Shown: piece after piece, positions 39,447 through 49,660 of the stretch
Layout: every line of letters begins with the position of its first letter
Numbering within the stretch: the stretch's first letter is position 1
Assembly (NCBI GenBank): GCA_044222185.1
Contig: JBGANV010000001.1
Location: forward strand, 640,001-704,000
Direction of reading: 5' to 3'
Source: Planctomycetota bacterium
GTDB lineage: Bacteria > Planctomycetota > GCA-002687715 > CAIWVZ01
Length of the DNA: 64,000 nucleotides
Position numbers and translations under genes: made by a program
Notes under the pieces: generated by a model
Database searches by the model: none
What the model was told of the DNA's origin: nothing
The model's input: the letters and a program-made list of their open reading frames with translations, nothing else

Positions 39447-40204
39447 CGCAGTCCGACCGCGAGGAGGCCGGATGGCCTCCTCGCGAGCCCGTGGCGCCAA
39501 CCGCGCCAACTACCCGATCCGGTCGACCACCCATTAGACTGACGCCCATGCCATCGAACCCTCACGCGTTGCCCAAGGCCGGTCGTGCACCAACCCACGC
39601 GGAAACCAGCCGACACGTCCGCGCCGCGGTCGGCGGAGACGTCCAGGGGGTCGATTGGATCGTTCGCAGGTTCTCCCCGCTGCTCCAAGCGCAGGCGGAC
39701 ATGCTGCTCGGCCGAAAGCTGCGTCGGCTCTACGACCCGGCGGACCTCGTCGCCGACGTATGGGCGGTCGCGCTCCCACGCCTGCGCGGTTTGCCTGCGC
39801 GCTCCGGCCGGTTCACTCCGGTCCTCATGAAGTTCCTGGCGACGACGCTGCGATTCGTGATGTCGAACATCCTCCAGAAGCATGGTCGTCGGCAGAGCAA
39901 GGAGGTGACGGTGTCGGAGTTCGATGATTCCGGCGTTCGCGAACCGCTCGATGATGAGACCTCCGGAATCGTGACGGCAGCGGTTCACGCAGAGGACCAC
40001 CGCGCACTGATCGCCGCGATCAGCAAGCTCGGTGAGGAGCTCCGCTCGATCGTGCTTCTTCGTGGATTCGAACAGCTCCCGTACGAGGAAATCGCCAACC
40101 AGCTCGGCCTTCTGCCGAACACGGTCTCGGTGAAGTACCGCCGAGCCCTCGAGAAGCTCCGCGGCCTGCTTCCCGGCTCCATCTTCGACGAATTTCCGAG
40201 CTGA
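39443..40204 (+). CDS. ECF sigma factor (planctomycete kinase-associated type)
   Basis: LRRLYDPADLVADVW, ISKL.EELRSIVLLRGFEQLPYEEIA...YRRALEKLR; ATGA overlap with the C25 stop (alternative start 39548). Confidence 0.88.
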   Translation: MTQSDREEAGWPPREPVAPTAPTTRSGRPPIRLTPMPSNPHALPKAGRAPTHAETSRHVRAAVGGDVQGVDWIVRRFSPLLQAQADMLLGRKLRRLYDPADLVADVWAVALPRLRGLPARSGRFTPVLMKFLATTLRFVMSNILQKHGRRQSKEVTVSEFDDSGVREPLDDETSGIVTAAVHAEDHRALIAAISKLGEELRSIVLLRGFEQLPYEEIANQLGLLPNTVSVKYRRALEKLRGLLPGSIFDEFPS

Positions 40205-40343
40205 GCGCGGAAGCGGAGCTGCGGCCGAGCGCTCCGCATTCGACGCGTGGACACCGCTCGACGGGGGGGCGTCGGGTGGGGCGCGACCCACGCGGTCACG
40301 CGCGCGAGGGTGTCCGCCGCGAGGAGACCGCTGCGGATCAGAG

Positions 40344-40385
40344 GTCGCGGGTGAGTCGTGACGTGCCGTCGCGCTCACCCGCGAC
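40344..40385. terminator. Long hairpin between convergent genes
   Basis: GTCGCGGGTGAG / CTCACCCGCGAC perfect 12-bp stem plus inner pairing; no U-tract. Confidence 0.5.
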
Positions 40386-40396
40386 GAACACCATGT

Positions 40397-43300
40397 TCAA
40401 CGATCCATGGGGTAATGGGCGTGCGTCAGTCGGTATCCCACGGGCGACGTGGGATCCGGGTAGTACGCCTGCAGGGTCATCGGAACGCCAGCGCCGCTCG
40501 CGGGCGCCGTCCAGCCGGAGATTCGGATGGCTCCGTGCGGAGCGACGACACCCGCATCGGCTGCGAACGTGAGCGGGACCGACGGCGGCGGGCCGAAGAG
40601 TCCGAGCCCATCGATCAACACGTTTGCGGCGAGGGTGTTCACTGCGAGCACGAGGTCCGCCGCCGGCGATGGATAGGCGGTGATCGGCGTGGGGTTCGAT
40701 GCATCGGCGAAGAGCGTGAACGCGGAGCCAACCGGGCACCCCTCGATCGCGAGCGAGTAAGTGGCACCGGGTTGCGGCACGCAGGGGTTGCGTTGGATCG
40801 TTCCCTGGTTGGCGTGGTTCGTCACCTCGACGGCGATCGCCGGCGTCGTGGGCCCACCGGGGTTCTCGAAGGCGATTGCGATTCCGCCGGGGAGTTGCGT
40901 CTGCGGGACGCCCGGTCCGAGCTGTGCGTTGCGCGTGTGCGAGACGGCGTTGTAGGTCGACGGCAACAGGACGCCATTCGCGTAGACGCGCGAACTTGCA
41001 CCAAGTCCCACGCCTTGGATCGAGAGCGTGACGGGGAGCGACGTGGGCGTCATGAGCGAGATCAGGGCCGGCTGGATCGAGGTGATCGACGGGCGGCCGA
41101 CCGCCAGGATCGCGGGGTCGCTGTCCCCGCCGCCCGGCGACGGGGTCCACACGCGCAACTCGTGATTCCCGCTCACTGGCACGTCCGCCGCCGAGAGGAC
41201 GACCGCGAGGTGCGTGGCGTCGAGGTAGGTCGTCTGGCTCGTCGCCACCAGATGGCCGTCGAGCCGGACGCGGCTGTTGGGGTAGAAACCCGTCCCGACG
41301 AGGACGACGGATGTTGGTGGCGTGCCGGCGTTCAACGACGACGGGCTGATGGTGGCGAGCGTCGGAACCGGCGCCGCGACCGTGAACGAGGTGGTCGGCG
41401 TTCCACCGCCACCGGGCGCCGGATTGAGGACGGACAGCCCGCGGACGCCCGGGGTGGCGAGGAAACTCGGCGGCAGCACCACGCTCAGGGCCGTCGGCGT
41501 CCTGCCGGCGATTCCGAGCGGGATCCACGCCGAGCCGGCCCAGATCCGCGCCGTGCTCGAAAGGTTGAACCCGTCGCCGGCGATGACGACCGTCGTGCCC
41601 GGCGTTCCCGCGACGATCGAACTCGGAGTCAGGCCCGTGATGTGCGGCACGGGGTTGTTGAACACGAGCGAGAGCGACGGCGAATCACTCGGCGGATAGC
41701 CTGCGGGTTGGATGTTGCGGACCTTGATCTGAGCAGAACTCGCGAGGTCGATGAAGGCCGGCGGGACGTTCACGGTGAAGCTCGTTGGCGTGACGTTCGA
41801 CGGAAACAGCAACGCCGTGGAGCCGGCCGGGGTCGTCCAGGAGAGACGGGAGGACCCGTTGAACCCTGTTCCAGTCGCCGTGAGCGTGAACGGTCCCGAC
41901 CAGGGGAGCACGCTCGCTGGCGAGATGGAGGCGAGAGTCGGCACCGGGTTGAACACCGTGAATCCGACCGTCTGCGAGACGCCGCCGCCAAGCGGAGGAT
42001 TCACGACGCGGAACTGGTGCGTGCCGGAGGAGGCCAGCACGGAGGCCGGGAGCGTGATCCTGATCCGCGCCGGATCGACCTGCGCTGGCGGCGGAGGCGG
42101 CGGCGTGATGTCCACGTTGTCGAGATAGACGATCGAGTGACTCGTGAACCCGCTGCCGCCGAGAACCACTTCGAGCGAGGGAAGGCCGACGTAGCAAGCG
42201 GAAGGCGAGAGGCCGAGAAGAGTCGGCGGCGGCTCGAGGACTGCGAGGGGCCTGGGCGCAGACGTCCCCGTGGCGGGTCCAGGTGGAAGTCCTGGGGCAT
42301 AGGGTCCCGGCGTGTACGCCGTCACCGAGTACTGAACCGGTGTGACGAACGTGAACGGTGCGACGACTGCGCGCAACTCGCTGATCGACGCGTAGTACGT
42401 CGAAGCGAGGGTCGGCATGGCGTTGCCGTTCAGCTGGATCACCGACGACGGCCGGAACGGCCCGCCCGTCACCCGCAGCGTGAAACCGCCGCCGGGTTCG
42501 GTGACGATCGACGGCGACAGGGCGTTGATCCCCGGTGTGGGGTTGTAGATCGTGAACATCACCGTGTTCGACGCTCCGCCGGGAACGTTGACGACTCGAA
42601 CCGACTTCGTTGCGGCGGCCTTCAGGTCCACAGCGCCCAGATCGAGGGTGACGAGGGTTGGGCTGATGCTGGTTGGGACGCGCATCGCACGGCCGAAGTC
42701 GACCATCAGGTTCGGCCGGAATCCCGTGCCGTTGATCCTCAGCGTGAAGCCCGGCGATTCGGAGACCACGGCGGGCTGGGTCAGCGACGAGATGACGGGG
42801 ACCGGATTGTTCAGGTCGATCGTCATCGGTGCGGTGATTCCACCGCCCGGGCTCGGGTTCTGGACCGTCACATCACCCGCACCCGGCGTCGAGAGTTGCG
42901 GCCCGGCGCCAGCTGCCGACGTGAGCGTCGTCGAATTCACGAACGTCGTCGTCAGCGTCGCGCCGTTCCAGCGGATCCGGCTGGACGGAACGAAATTCGA
43001 TCCAGTGACCGTGAGCGCCGGGAACGCCGTGGGAAGCGTCACGGCCGTCGGGTTCACGGACGTGAGAGTCGGGACCGGGTTGTTTCGAACGAACGGAAGG
43101 GTTGCCGTGGTTCCACCCATCGGTACGGGGTTCCGGACTGCGATGGATTCGGTGGTCGGCGGACTGCCCGGAGTGTCGGCGACGACGACCTGCATCGACG
43201 TCGGAGTGACGTTCGTCGGAACGAGGACGGTCCCGCTCAACAGAACCTGAGTCGACGGATTGAACCCGGCGCCGGTCACCGTCACCGTCACGGGGCCGGC

Positions 43301-45787
43301 TCCGATGATCGTCGACGTCGGTGTGATTGCCGTCAGGGCCGGGGGCGGATTCATCACGTAGAAGACCTTGGGCGACGACGAACCTCCGCCGGGTGGTGGG
43401 TTCGTGACGACGATCGTGGCGGCGGTACCTGCCGCGACGAGTGCGGGCGGTAGCGTCGCGACGAGCGTCGACGCCGTCTGGGAGACCAACTGCAACGTCG
43501 TCGCGTTCCAACGCACCTGGCTCGCGGCCACGAAACCATTCCCGTTGATCGTGAGCGTGTTCGTTGGGTTGCCGGCGGTCATCAACGGTGGGGTGAAACC
43601 CGTCACCGTCGGTGCGGGGTTCGCAGGCGACGCCAGCGCGACGATGGATACGAATCCACCGCCGAAACCGGAGCTGCCCCCTACGACCGGGAAGTCAGAA
43701 GAGAAGGTCCGGCCGCCGACGACCGCATCACCGTTGACCGTGATCGCGATGTCCTGAGGCTCGTCCCAGTCGGATCCGCCGAGGAACGTGGAGTGAGTCA
43801 ACTGCTGCGATGGTGGCAGCGTCGGCGAGAGTTTGAGCACGAAACCATCGCCGCCGCCGTTGAACGTCGTGTCGTACGCGCCGGGTGTCACGGGGAACGT
43901 CGGCGAGTCGGTGTATCCGGTCGCGACGATGTCTCCGGCCTGGTTCGTTGCGACCGCGTACGTGTAATCCCGCTGCGGGCCGCCGAGGAGCGTGCTGTAA
44001 GAGAGACGGCCAGACTGCGGTCCATTGGGGTTGATCCGTGCCAGGAACACGTCGCCGCCGCCGGGACTGGTCGAGCCGTAGGCGTTCGGCGTCGTTGGGA
44101 AGTCGGTCGAGTACGTCTCACCACCGATGGTGACGACGCCCTGAGAGTCGACGGGGCAGGGCGCACGCGAATTGGGGCCATCGTCGTTGCTCCCGCCGAA
44201 GTAGGTGCCGAAGACCAGCTGGCTCGCCGCCGGAAGGCTCGGATCGATCTGGGCGATGAACCCGTCCCATCCGCCCTGGAGCGCGGTCTGATAGGCATTC
44301 GCCGTCACCGGGAAATCGGTCGACACGGTCGACCCGACGAGCGTGATCAGCGCGCCGACGTGAAGCGAGTTGACCGTATCCGACCCCGAGCCGCCCACGA
44401 ACGTCGAGTAGACGAGCTGCTGCGAGCCGGTAAGCGTCGGATCGAACTGCGCGACGAACCCGTCACCGAATTGTCCGCCGAGCCCGTTGGAGGTGTCGAA
44501 CGCGTTCGGCGTCACGGGGAAGTCGACCGATTCCGTTGCGCCCGATATCGTCACGATCCCGCTGGAGCTCACGTACACGCCGTATCCGCCCCAGTCCATG
44601 CCGGAGCCGCCGAGATACGTCGCCCAGACAAGCTGCTGCGGTCCCGGAAGCGACGGATCGATCTGCGCGATCACCACGTCTTCGATGTCGTTGAAGTTCG
44701 GCGCGAATGCACCGGGGGTCGTCGGGAAGAACGGCGAGCCGGTGCGCCCGCAAACCGTCAGTCGCCCCGCGGGCTCGACGAAGAGGTTCCAGATCTGGAG
44801 CCCGCCGCCACCCAGAGCGCCAACCCATACGAGCTGCTGGCCCACCGGACGCGTGGGGTCGATCCGATAGATCGTTCCACTGAGCGTGCTCGCGGTGATG
44901 ATGCCGTTCGACTGCACCGCAACCCCGAAGATCGCCTCGCCGAACAGGCCCGAGTAGACCAGGCCAGGGTCAACCTCGAGTGGATGGCGGCCGTCCCATC
45001 CCGGCGCCGTGAACCCGAACCGTCGCGGTCCGCGCAGTTCGTAGGCACACGTCACGGGTTCCGAGGCCTGCGGCCCCGCCTTCGCGAATGCAATCGGCGG
45101 AGGTTGGGTCACGGGCCCGAGCGGCGTGTCGAGGACCAGAGCTCCGCTCGCGTCGATCGACATCGATCGCGCGCCGTCGACCTCGACCTCCACGGCGTGG
45201 AGGTCGGCACCGGCCGCCAGGACGATGTCATATTCGAAGTGTCCATCCTTGGTGTACACGCGCGCATCCACGCCGTCGTACAGCCCCGAGTAGGTCACGG
45301 CAGCAAAGCGCTGGACGTCCGTGCGCCACCGGCTGCGGTCGTTCCCCGTGAAGTAGCTGTTCGTTCCCGGGAGCCGTTCATCCCCGGTCAGTCTTGGAAT
45401 GCGTGTGTCGCCGGCGAAGCTCATGGCGACACGGGCGCTGGTTGAATCGAGCATCGGGGTGCCCGGTTCCTCACGGCCGGATGGACCCATGCGCGGCGTG
45501 CGCGAGGCGGCGCGCAGCGTCAGGTTCCACCCTCGATCGAGGAGGCCGAGCGTCCCGGAGCCCAGCTCTGCCGCGTAACGCACCGGTTCCTCCCATTGTC
45601 CGGCGTTCGGCGCGAATGCGACGGCCGCGATTTCGCGCGCGACCGTCTCGCGCACCGCGGGCGTGACGTGACTCGTGCTGGACGACGCCGCCGGCACGGC
45701 CGGTGTTTCCCTCCGCGCAACCGGTACGGCGGTGAGGAGCGTGATCGCGGTCAGCAACGCAACACGGCGCAGTATGGAACTCTCCAT
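40397..45787 (-). CDS. Giant exported surface protein: N-terminal beta domain, ~6 SBBP beta-propeller repeats, ~10 IPT/TIG repeats, C-terminal tail domain
   Basis: GGAG RBS; FAPNAGQW, LYDGVD, LEVDPGLVYS; repeats xDP...QLV[WYF]STFxGGSxxD and DFPVTxxA; repeats NPxPxLTxxxP...GxGF. Confidence 0.88.
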   Translation of the reverse strand: MESSILRRVALLTAITLLTAVPVARRETPAVPAASSSTSHVTPAVRETVAREIAAVAFAPNAGQWEEPVRYAAELGSGTLGLLDRGWNLTLRAASRTPRMGPSGREEPGTPMLDSTSARVAMSFAGDTRIPRLTGDERLPGTNSYFTGNDRSRWRTDVQRFAAVTYSGLYDGVDARVYTKDGHFEYDIVLAAGADLHAVEVEVDGARSMSIDASGALVLDTPLGPVTQPPPIAFAKAGPQASEPVTCAYELRGPRRFGFTAPGWDGRHPLEVDPGLVYSGLFGEAIFGVAVQSNGIITASTLSGTIYRIDPTRPVGQQLVWVGALGGGGLQIWNLFVEPAGRLTVCGRTGSPFFPTTPGAFAPNFNDIEDVVIAQIDPSLPGPQQLVWATYLGGSGMDWGGYGVYVSSSGIVTISGATESVDFPVTPNAFDTSNGLGGQFGDGFVAQFDPTLTGSQQLVYSTFVGGSGSDTVNSLHVGALITLVGSTVSTDFPVTANAYQTALQGGWDGFIAQIDPSLPAASQLVFGTYFGGSNDDGPNSRAPCPVDSQGVVTIGGETYSTDFPTTPNAYGSTSPGGGDVFLARINPNGPQSGRLSYSTLLGGPQRDYTYAVATNQAGDIVATGYTDSPTFPVTPGAYDTTFNGGGDGFVLKLSPTLPPSQQLTHSTFLGGSDWDEPQDIAITVNGDAVVGGRTFSSDFPVVGGSSGFGGGFVSIVALASPANPAPTVTGFTPPLMTAGNPTNTLTINGNGFVAASQVRWNATTLQLVSQTASTLVATLPPALVAAGTAATIVVTNPPPGGGSSSPKVFYVMNPPPALTAITPTSTIIGAGPVTVTVTGAGFNPSTQVLLSGTVLVPTNVTPTSMQVVVADTPGSPPTTESIAVRNPVPMGGTTATLPFVRNNPVPTLTSVNPTAVTLPTAFPALTVTGSNFVPSSRIRWNGATLTTTFVNSTTLTSAAGAGPQLSTPGAGDVTVQNPSPGGGITAPMTIDLNNPVPVISSLTQPAVVSESPGFTLRINGTGFRPNLMVDFGRAMRVPTSISPTLVTLDLGAVDLKAAATKSVRVVNVPGGASNTVMFTIYNPTPGINALSPSIVTEPGGGFTLRVTGGPFRPSSVIQLNGNAMPTLASTYYASISELRAVVAPFTFVTPVQYSVTAYTPGPYAPGLPPGPATGTSAPRPLAVLEPPPTLLGLSPSACYVGLPSLEVVLGGSGFTSHSIVYLDNVDITPPPPPPAQVDPARIRITLPASVLASSGTHQFRVVNPPLGGGVSQTVGFTVFNPVPTLASISPASVLPWSGPFTLTATGTGFNGSSRLSWTTPAGSTALLFPSNVTPTSFTVNVPPAFIDLASSAQIKVRNIQPAGYPPSDSPSLSLVFNNPVPHITGLTPSSIVAGTPGTTVVIAGDGFNLSSTARIWAGSAWIPLGIAGRTPTALSVVLPPSFLATPGVRGLSVLNPAPGGGGTPTTSFTVAAPVPTLATISPSSLNAGTPPTSVVLVGTGFYPNSRVRLDGHLVATSQTTYLDATHLAVVLSAADVPVSGNHELRVWTPSPGGGDSDPAILAVGRPSITSIQPALISLMTPTSLPVTLSIQGVGLGASSRVYANGVLLPSTYNAVSHTRNAQLGPGVPQTQLPGGIAIAFENPGGPTTPAIAVEVTNHANQGTIQRNPCVPQPGATYSLAIEGCPVGSAFTLFADASNPTPITAYPSPAADLVLAVNTLAANVLIDGLGLFGPPPSVPLTFAADAGVVAPHGAIRISGWTAPASGAGVPMTLQAYYPDPTSPVGYRLTHAHYPMDR

Positions 45788-46156
45788 GGTCCTACTCCAC
45801 TGTTTCCGTCCGCCCCTGCATGGGGAGCGGCGCATAGACCGAGGAACGAGTCGACACGGGTGCGGATCGAGCGCCTGAACGAGGGAATTCCACCCGATGA
45901 CCTTCGCGCTGACAGAGTCACGACCGCACGGTGGGTCCCGCCCGAGCTATTTAGACCGCATGGTCGTGCGGCGCGATACGCCGTGGGAGGTAGCCGGTCG
46001 CGAGCGAAGCGATGCGCCTACGATCAAGGGCGAGCGCTCGCGTGGATCTGCGTCGGCCACGGGATCGGCGGCCGATCCTCCGATCCACACGCCCGCGCAT
46101 CGCCTGCGGCGCCGCTCACCGTGTGGACTGCCGCTCGGCATCGGAATCGGGAGCCG

Positions 46157-47179
46157 TCAGATGACTGGGCTCGCCGGTGGATGTCGAACGTCCGGTGCGG
46201 GCTTCCACTTGGAATTCACGAGCAGCTGGCGAACGGCCGCGACGCAAGCGTTCGTGCGATCCGCGCGCGGCCCTCGGACGAGAAGTGACGGCACCGGCTG
46301 ACGTGCGAGCGCCTCGGTGAACCAGCGGTGCATCTCGTGCCTGACGTGCTCGCCGTCACGCGTCCCATCTTGCACGAACGGGATCTCGTCGCCCGTGAGG
46401 ATGTAGAGATGGGGTTTGCAGCGGCGCGCCACCGACTCGACCTCGTCACTGACGTGGCCGACGTAACGCCGGTGCCAGATCGCCGTGGCGAAGGCGTTCG
46501 TGTCGCAGACGAGGATGCGGTTGCACAGCCGCGCGGCCTCGTCTTCTCGGCGGGTCTGCTCGGCTGCGATGTGAACGAACTCGGACGTCGTCCAGTGGCC
46601 GTCGCTTGCGGCGAACTTCCGGGCGGAGTATTCGCGACCATACTCCGCGACCCAGATCGTCGACAATGCGGCGGCGAGATCGGCTGCGAGCGTCGTCGTT
46701 CCGGTGGATTCCGCACCGAGAATGCAGACCCGCAACGCGAACCAGCCTCGCACGGGCGGGCTGATCCACTCCCAATTCGCGAACGGGTCGGACCGGACGG
46801 CGGTTCCGGAAGTCGGAACGGTCCGTCTGTGGCGGTCGACGCACACGTGGCGCGCACCGAGGTGGGCGGCGAAGGCCTCGCCGTAGGACTCCGACGTGAA
46901 TACCGTGTCGGGGCACCTGCCGAGCCACCGCTTGGTGTTCTCGGCCCAAAGGCGTGAGTCGTGCGGGTCGTAGTGATCGTCGACGACGATCACGCGCGCG
47001 GCCGGATGAAGCTCTTCGATCCACCTCGCGCGCAGCGCGCCTGGGATGTCGTCGTCGCTCCGTTCACAGACGATCACGACGACGCCGTCCGACGCCGCCA
47101 GCGCCGCGTTCATGAGAAGACTGTGCCCGGCATGTGGCGGGAGGAACTTCCCGATGACGAGCCCGAGCCCACCCGTCAT
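46157..47179 (-). CDS. nadR: NadR-like bifunctional NMN adenylyltransferase / ribosylnicotinamide kinase lacking the HTH domain
   Basis: GKFLPPHAGH, FTSESYG, TSGTAVR, GAESTGTTTL, EYGREY, FVQDGTR; coupled to pnuC. Confidence 0.85.
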   Translation of the reverse strand: MTGGLGLVIGKFLPPHAGHSLLMNAALAASDGVVVIVCERSDDDIPGALRARWIEELHPAARVIVVDDHYDPHDSRLWAENTKRWLGRCPDTVFTSESYGEAFAAHLGARHVCVDRHRRTVPTSGTAVRSDPFANWEWISPPVRGWFALRVCILGAESTGTTTLAADLAAALSTIWVAEYGREYSARKFAASDGHWTTSEFVHIAAEQTRREDEAARLCNRILVCDTNAFATAIWHRRYVGHVSDEVESVARRCKPHLYILTGDEIPFVQDGTRDGEHVRHEMHRWFTEALARQPVPSLLVRGPRADRTNACVAAVRQLLVNSKWKPAPDVRHPPASPVI

Positions 47180-47877
47180 CGTGCGGCCTCTGCGCGGCGC
47201 TCGAGGCCCGCACGCCACGTTCGGAGTCCGATCACGCACAGGACGAGGAACACGACGTAGAGGAGTGCCGTCAGCGACAGCCCGCGCGCGACGTACATGG
47301 GGATGTAGATCAGATCGGCAGCGATCCAGAACCACCAGTTCTCGAGCCGCTTTCGGCAGAGGAGCACCTGTGCCGTGAGGCTCAGCGCCGTGGTGATGGC
47401 ATCCGGCCATGGGGCAGCGCCATTCACCTCGGTGAGGATCGTGCGCAGGCCAAGCGTCACGACGGGGAACGTCGCGGCGATCGCGATCCACTCGTGCGAG
47501 CGCACGCGTGAGATTGGTGCCGGAATCGATTCGGTCCCGTGACGGCGCCAATGAGCCCAGCCCCATGCGCCGAGTGCCACGTAGACGGCCTGAAGCCCCG
47601 TGTCGGCGTACAACCGACTTCGGAAGAACAACGCGAGGAAGAACACGTTGTTCGCGATCCCGATCGGCCAGTTCGCCCAATGCTCGCGAACGACGAGCCA
47701 CACGCAGGCGCCGCCGGTGGTGAACCCGAGGGCCTCGTCGATTTCGATGGGCCAGAGCCCGCAGATCGCAGATACGACGGGGACGCTGGCGAGGACGACC
47801 ATCGTGGCGATCTCGCCGATGCCGAGGGGTGCGGGACGACGGGACGGCGCCAACCCGGGCACCGAGGCGTCCTCCAT
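47176..47877 (-). CDS. pnuC: Nicotinamide riboside transporter PnuC
   Basis: CVWLVVRE..NWPIGI, LYAD..LQ, WGW..W, WPDA, AQ.L..RKRLENW.FWI..D. Confidence 0.92.
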   Translation of the reverse strand: MEDASVPGLAPSRRPAPLGIGEIATMVVLASVPVVSAICGLWPIEIDEALGFTTGGACVWLVVREHWANWPIGIANNVFFLALFFRSRLYADTGLQAVYVALGAWGWAHWRRHGTESIPAPISRVRSHEWIAIAATFPVVTLGLRTILTEVNGAAPWPDAITTALSLTAQVLLCRKRLENWWFWIAADLIYIPMYVARGLSLTALLYVVFLVLCVIGLRTWRAGLERRAEAAR

Positions 47878-47987
47878 GTGCGGCGGTTCGACGGCACTCG
47901 GTGATGGTGAGCGGGGCGAATCCGGTGCCGATGGCTGAATTCCGGCGCGCACGTTCCCGCCGACCGCTGGCCCCCGCGAAAGCTGGT

Positions 47988-49487
47988 CTATGGCTGGATC
48001 CTCAAGCCGTTCGACGCCTCGACTCCGAAGGCGGAAGCCGGGTTGGCAAACGCGAATTCGACGACGAATGGAGGGAGGCCTGCCGGCAGCGTGGCGGTCA
48101 GGACGAGGGGCGCCGCTGCCGGTGTCGCCACGGGAACTCCGGGCAGGATCGAACCCGGATCGAGCGCGATCATGAGCCCGCTCGCGACGGCGGTCGTCGA
48201 AGACGCCATCCCGCTGACGAGAAGCATGCCCTGCCTCGGCACACTCGTCGTGACGTTCAGCGAGAGTGACAGGCCGGGCGTGGTGAGCGAACCCGTCACG
48301 GTCGGGATCGTGGCCGGCGAATGACTCCATCCCGCGGGGACGCTGATGATCGTCGGGTAGCCGCACGATGGGGGCAAGGGGATTCCGTGCCGAGTCGTGA
48401 ACGCGTGGATGATGAGCGAATCGTGCGGCGTGCCGTTCGCCAGGTTTGCGTCGTTGTCGTCGAGATGAAGCAGGGCGCAGAGCGCCGCCGGCTCGTCGAA
48501 CGGCGCCGCGGCCAGGAACGCCGGGATCATGGCGTCGAAAGCCGTGCCGGCGTTCTGCGCGATGAATGCCTGTCGGGCGTGATACAGCGCTCCGGCGATC
48601 ACGAGGCCGTCCGCGTGGGAGTTTCCGGTCAACCCGGCGTACGTCGCCGAACCGCTCACGTCGCGTGGGAGCCCGCCCGGGCCCGGGTACGTCAATCCAG
48701 CGCCGATGATCGGGGTTCCCGCCGCGACGCTCGCGAGGAAATCGCAGAGGCCCTCGCTCATCCGCGGCAGGAGGGAATGGCCGAAGTAGCGCGCGGAGAC
48801 GATGCGGTGTGAATACTCGTGGGCCATGAGCGAGTACGACCTCGCGCCGAGCGCCAGTTCCAGGTTCGACGAGCCTGCGTAGAACTCGATGGAGTCGTGG
48901 ATGTTTCCGCTGCCAGCGAGGAACTGCGCTGGCGTCGCCGGAAACGGCGTGTAGTCGCGGATGACCACGTCGAGCTGCGTCGCAAACGATGTGTTCGTCA
49001 GTCCAGTGAGTGCGATGTAGGCATCGTTCGCGTGCTGGTACGCGTTGCACTCCGCGATGGACAACGGACCGCCCAGGGGGCTCGTGAGCGTCGTCACCGT
49101 CACGGTGGAGGGCGTCGCCGGATAGGTGGCGACGACGGTCCAGTTCGCGATGGTGGTGACCGATCCGATCGTCCACGGGCGTTGGGCACGAACCTGGAGA
49201 TTCCCTGGCCCCGAGACGTAAGCGACCTGCGGCACGAAGCCCGCAGTGATCGGCACGCGCCCGTTCGAGTCGGTGAAGTGCGTCTGCACGGTGGTTTGAT
49301 TGGTGGTCGGGTTGTGGATGGTGAGGTCGATCTTCGCGCCTCGGAGCGGTCCGACCTGAGGCGCGTTGGTTGCGGCCCCGGTGACCAGGGGCGCCCGGAA
49401 CTCGAGATAGGCCGGTCCTTGAGACCATGCGTGGGGGACTGGCGCGACCACCATGGATACGGCGGCGAGAACGCTGAGCAGGCGCAT
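47988..49487 (-). CDS. Exported zinc metalloprotease (M4/M36-like gluzincin) with C-terminal tail domain
   Basis: Signal peptide (AWS|Q); NAYQH, AHEYSH...MSEGLCDF, SHADG; LDDNDANLANGTPH. Confidence 0.82.
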   Translation of the reverse strand: MRLLSVLAAVSMVVAPVPHAWSQGPAYLEFRAPLVTGAATNAPQVGPLRGAKIDLTIHNPTTNQTTVQTHFTDSNGRVPITAGFVPQVAYVSGPGNLQVRAQRPWTIGSVTTIANWTVVATYPATPSTVTVTTLTSPLGGPLSIAECNAYQHANDAYIALTGLTNTSFATQLDVVIRDYTPFPATPAQFLAGSGNIHDSIEFYAGSSNLELALGARSYSLMAHEYSHRIVSARYFGHSLLPRMSEGLCDFLASVAAGTPIIGAGLTYPGPGGLPRDVSGSATYAGLTGNSHADGLVIAGALYHARQAFIAQNAGTAFDAMIPAFLAAAPFDEPAALCALLHLDDNDANLANGTPHDSLIIHAFTTRHGIPLPPSCGYPTIISVPAGWSHSPATIPTVTGSLTTPGLSLSLNVTTSVPRQGMLLVSGMASSTTAVASGLMIALDPGSILPGVPVATPAAAPLVLTATLPAGLPPFVVEFAFANPASAFGVEASNGLRIQP

Positions 49488-49660
49488 CTAGGCCTCCAAA
49501 ACGGCATCGATCCGTCGGCGGCGAGCGCGCGCCGACGGTTGGCACTCGCGTGATTGTCGTCCGAGCTCGCGTGGTTGGCAACTTCCCCGGCTCGTTTCGG
49601 GCGCGCCAAGTACGATGGCTCGCTCTCGCCACGGGCCGACGGCCCCAGGAGATCCCCGTC

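Noticed and set aside
40358-43453. 1031-aa plus-strand ORF
   Set aside because: Shadow of the SBBP/IPT gene on the minus strand.
47878-47987. NAD-related riboswitch upstream of pnuC
   Set aside because: Short gap with no recognisable conserved aptamer.
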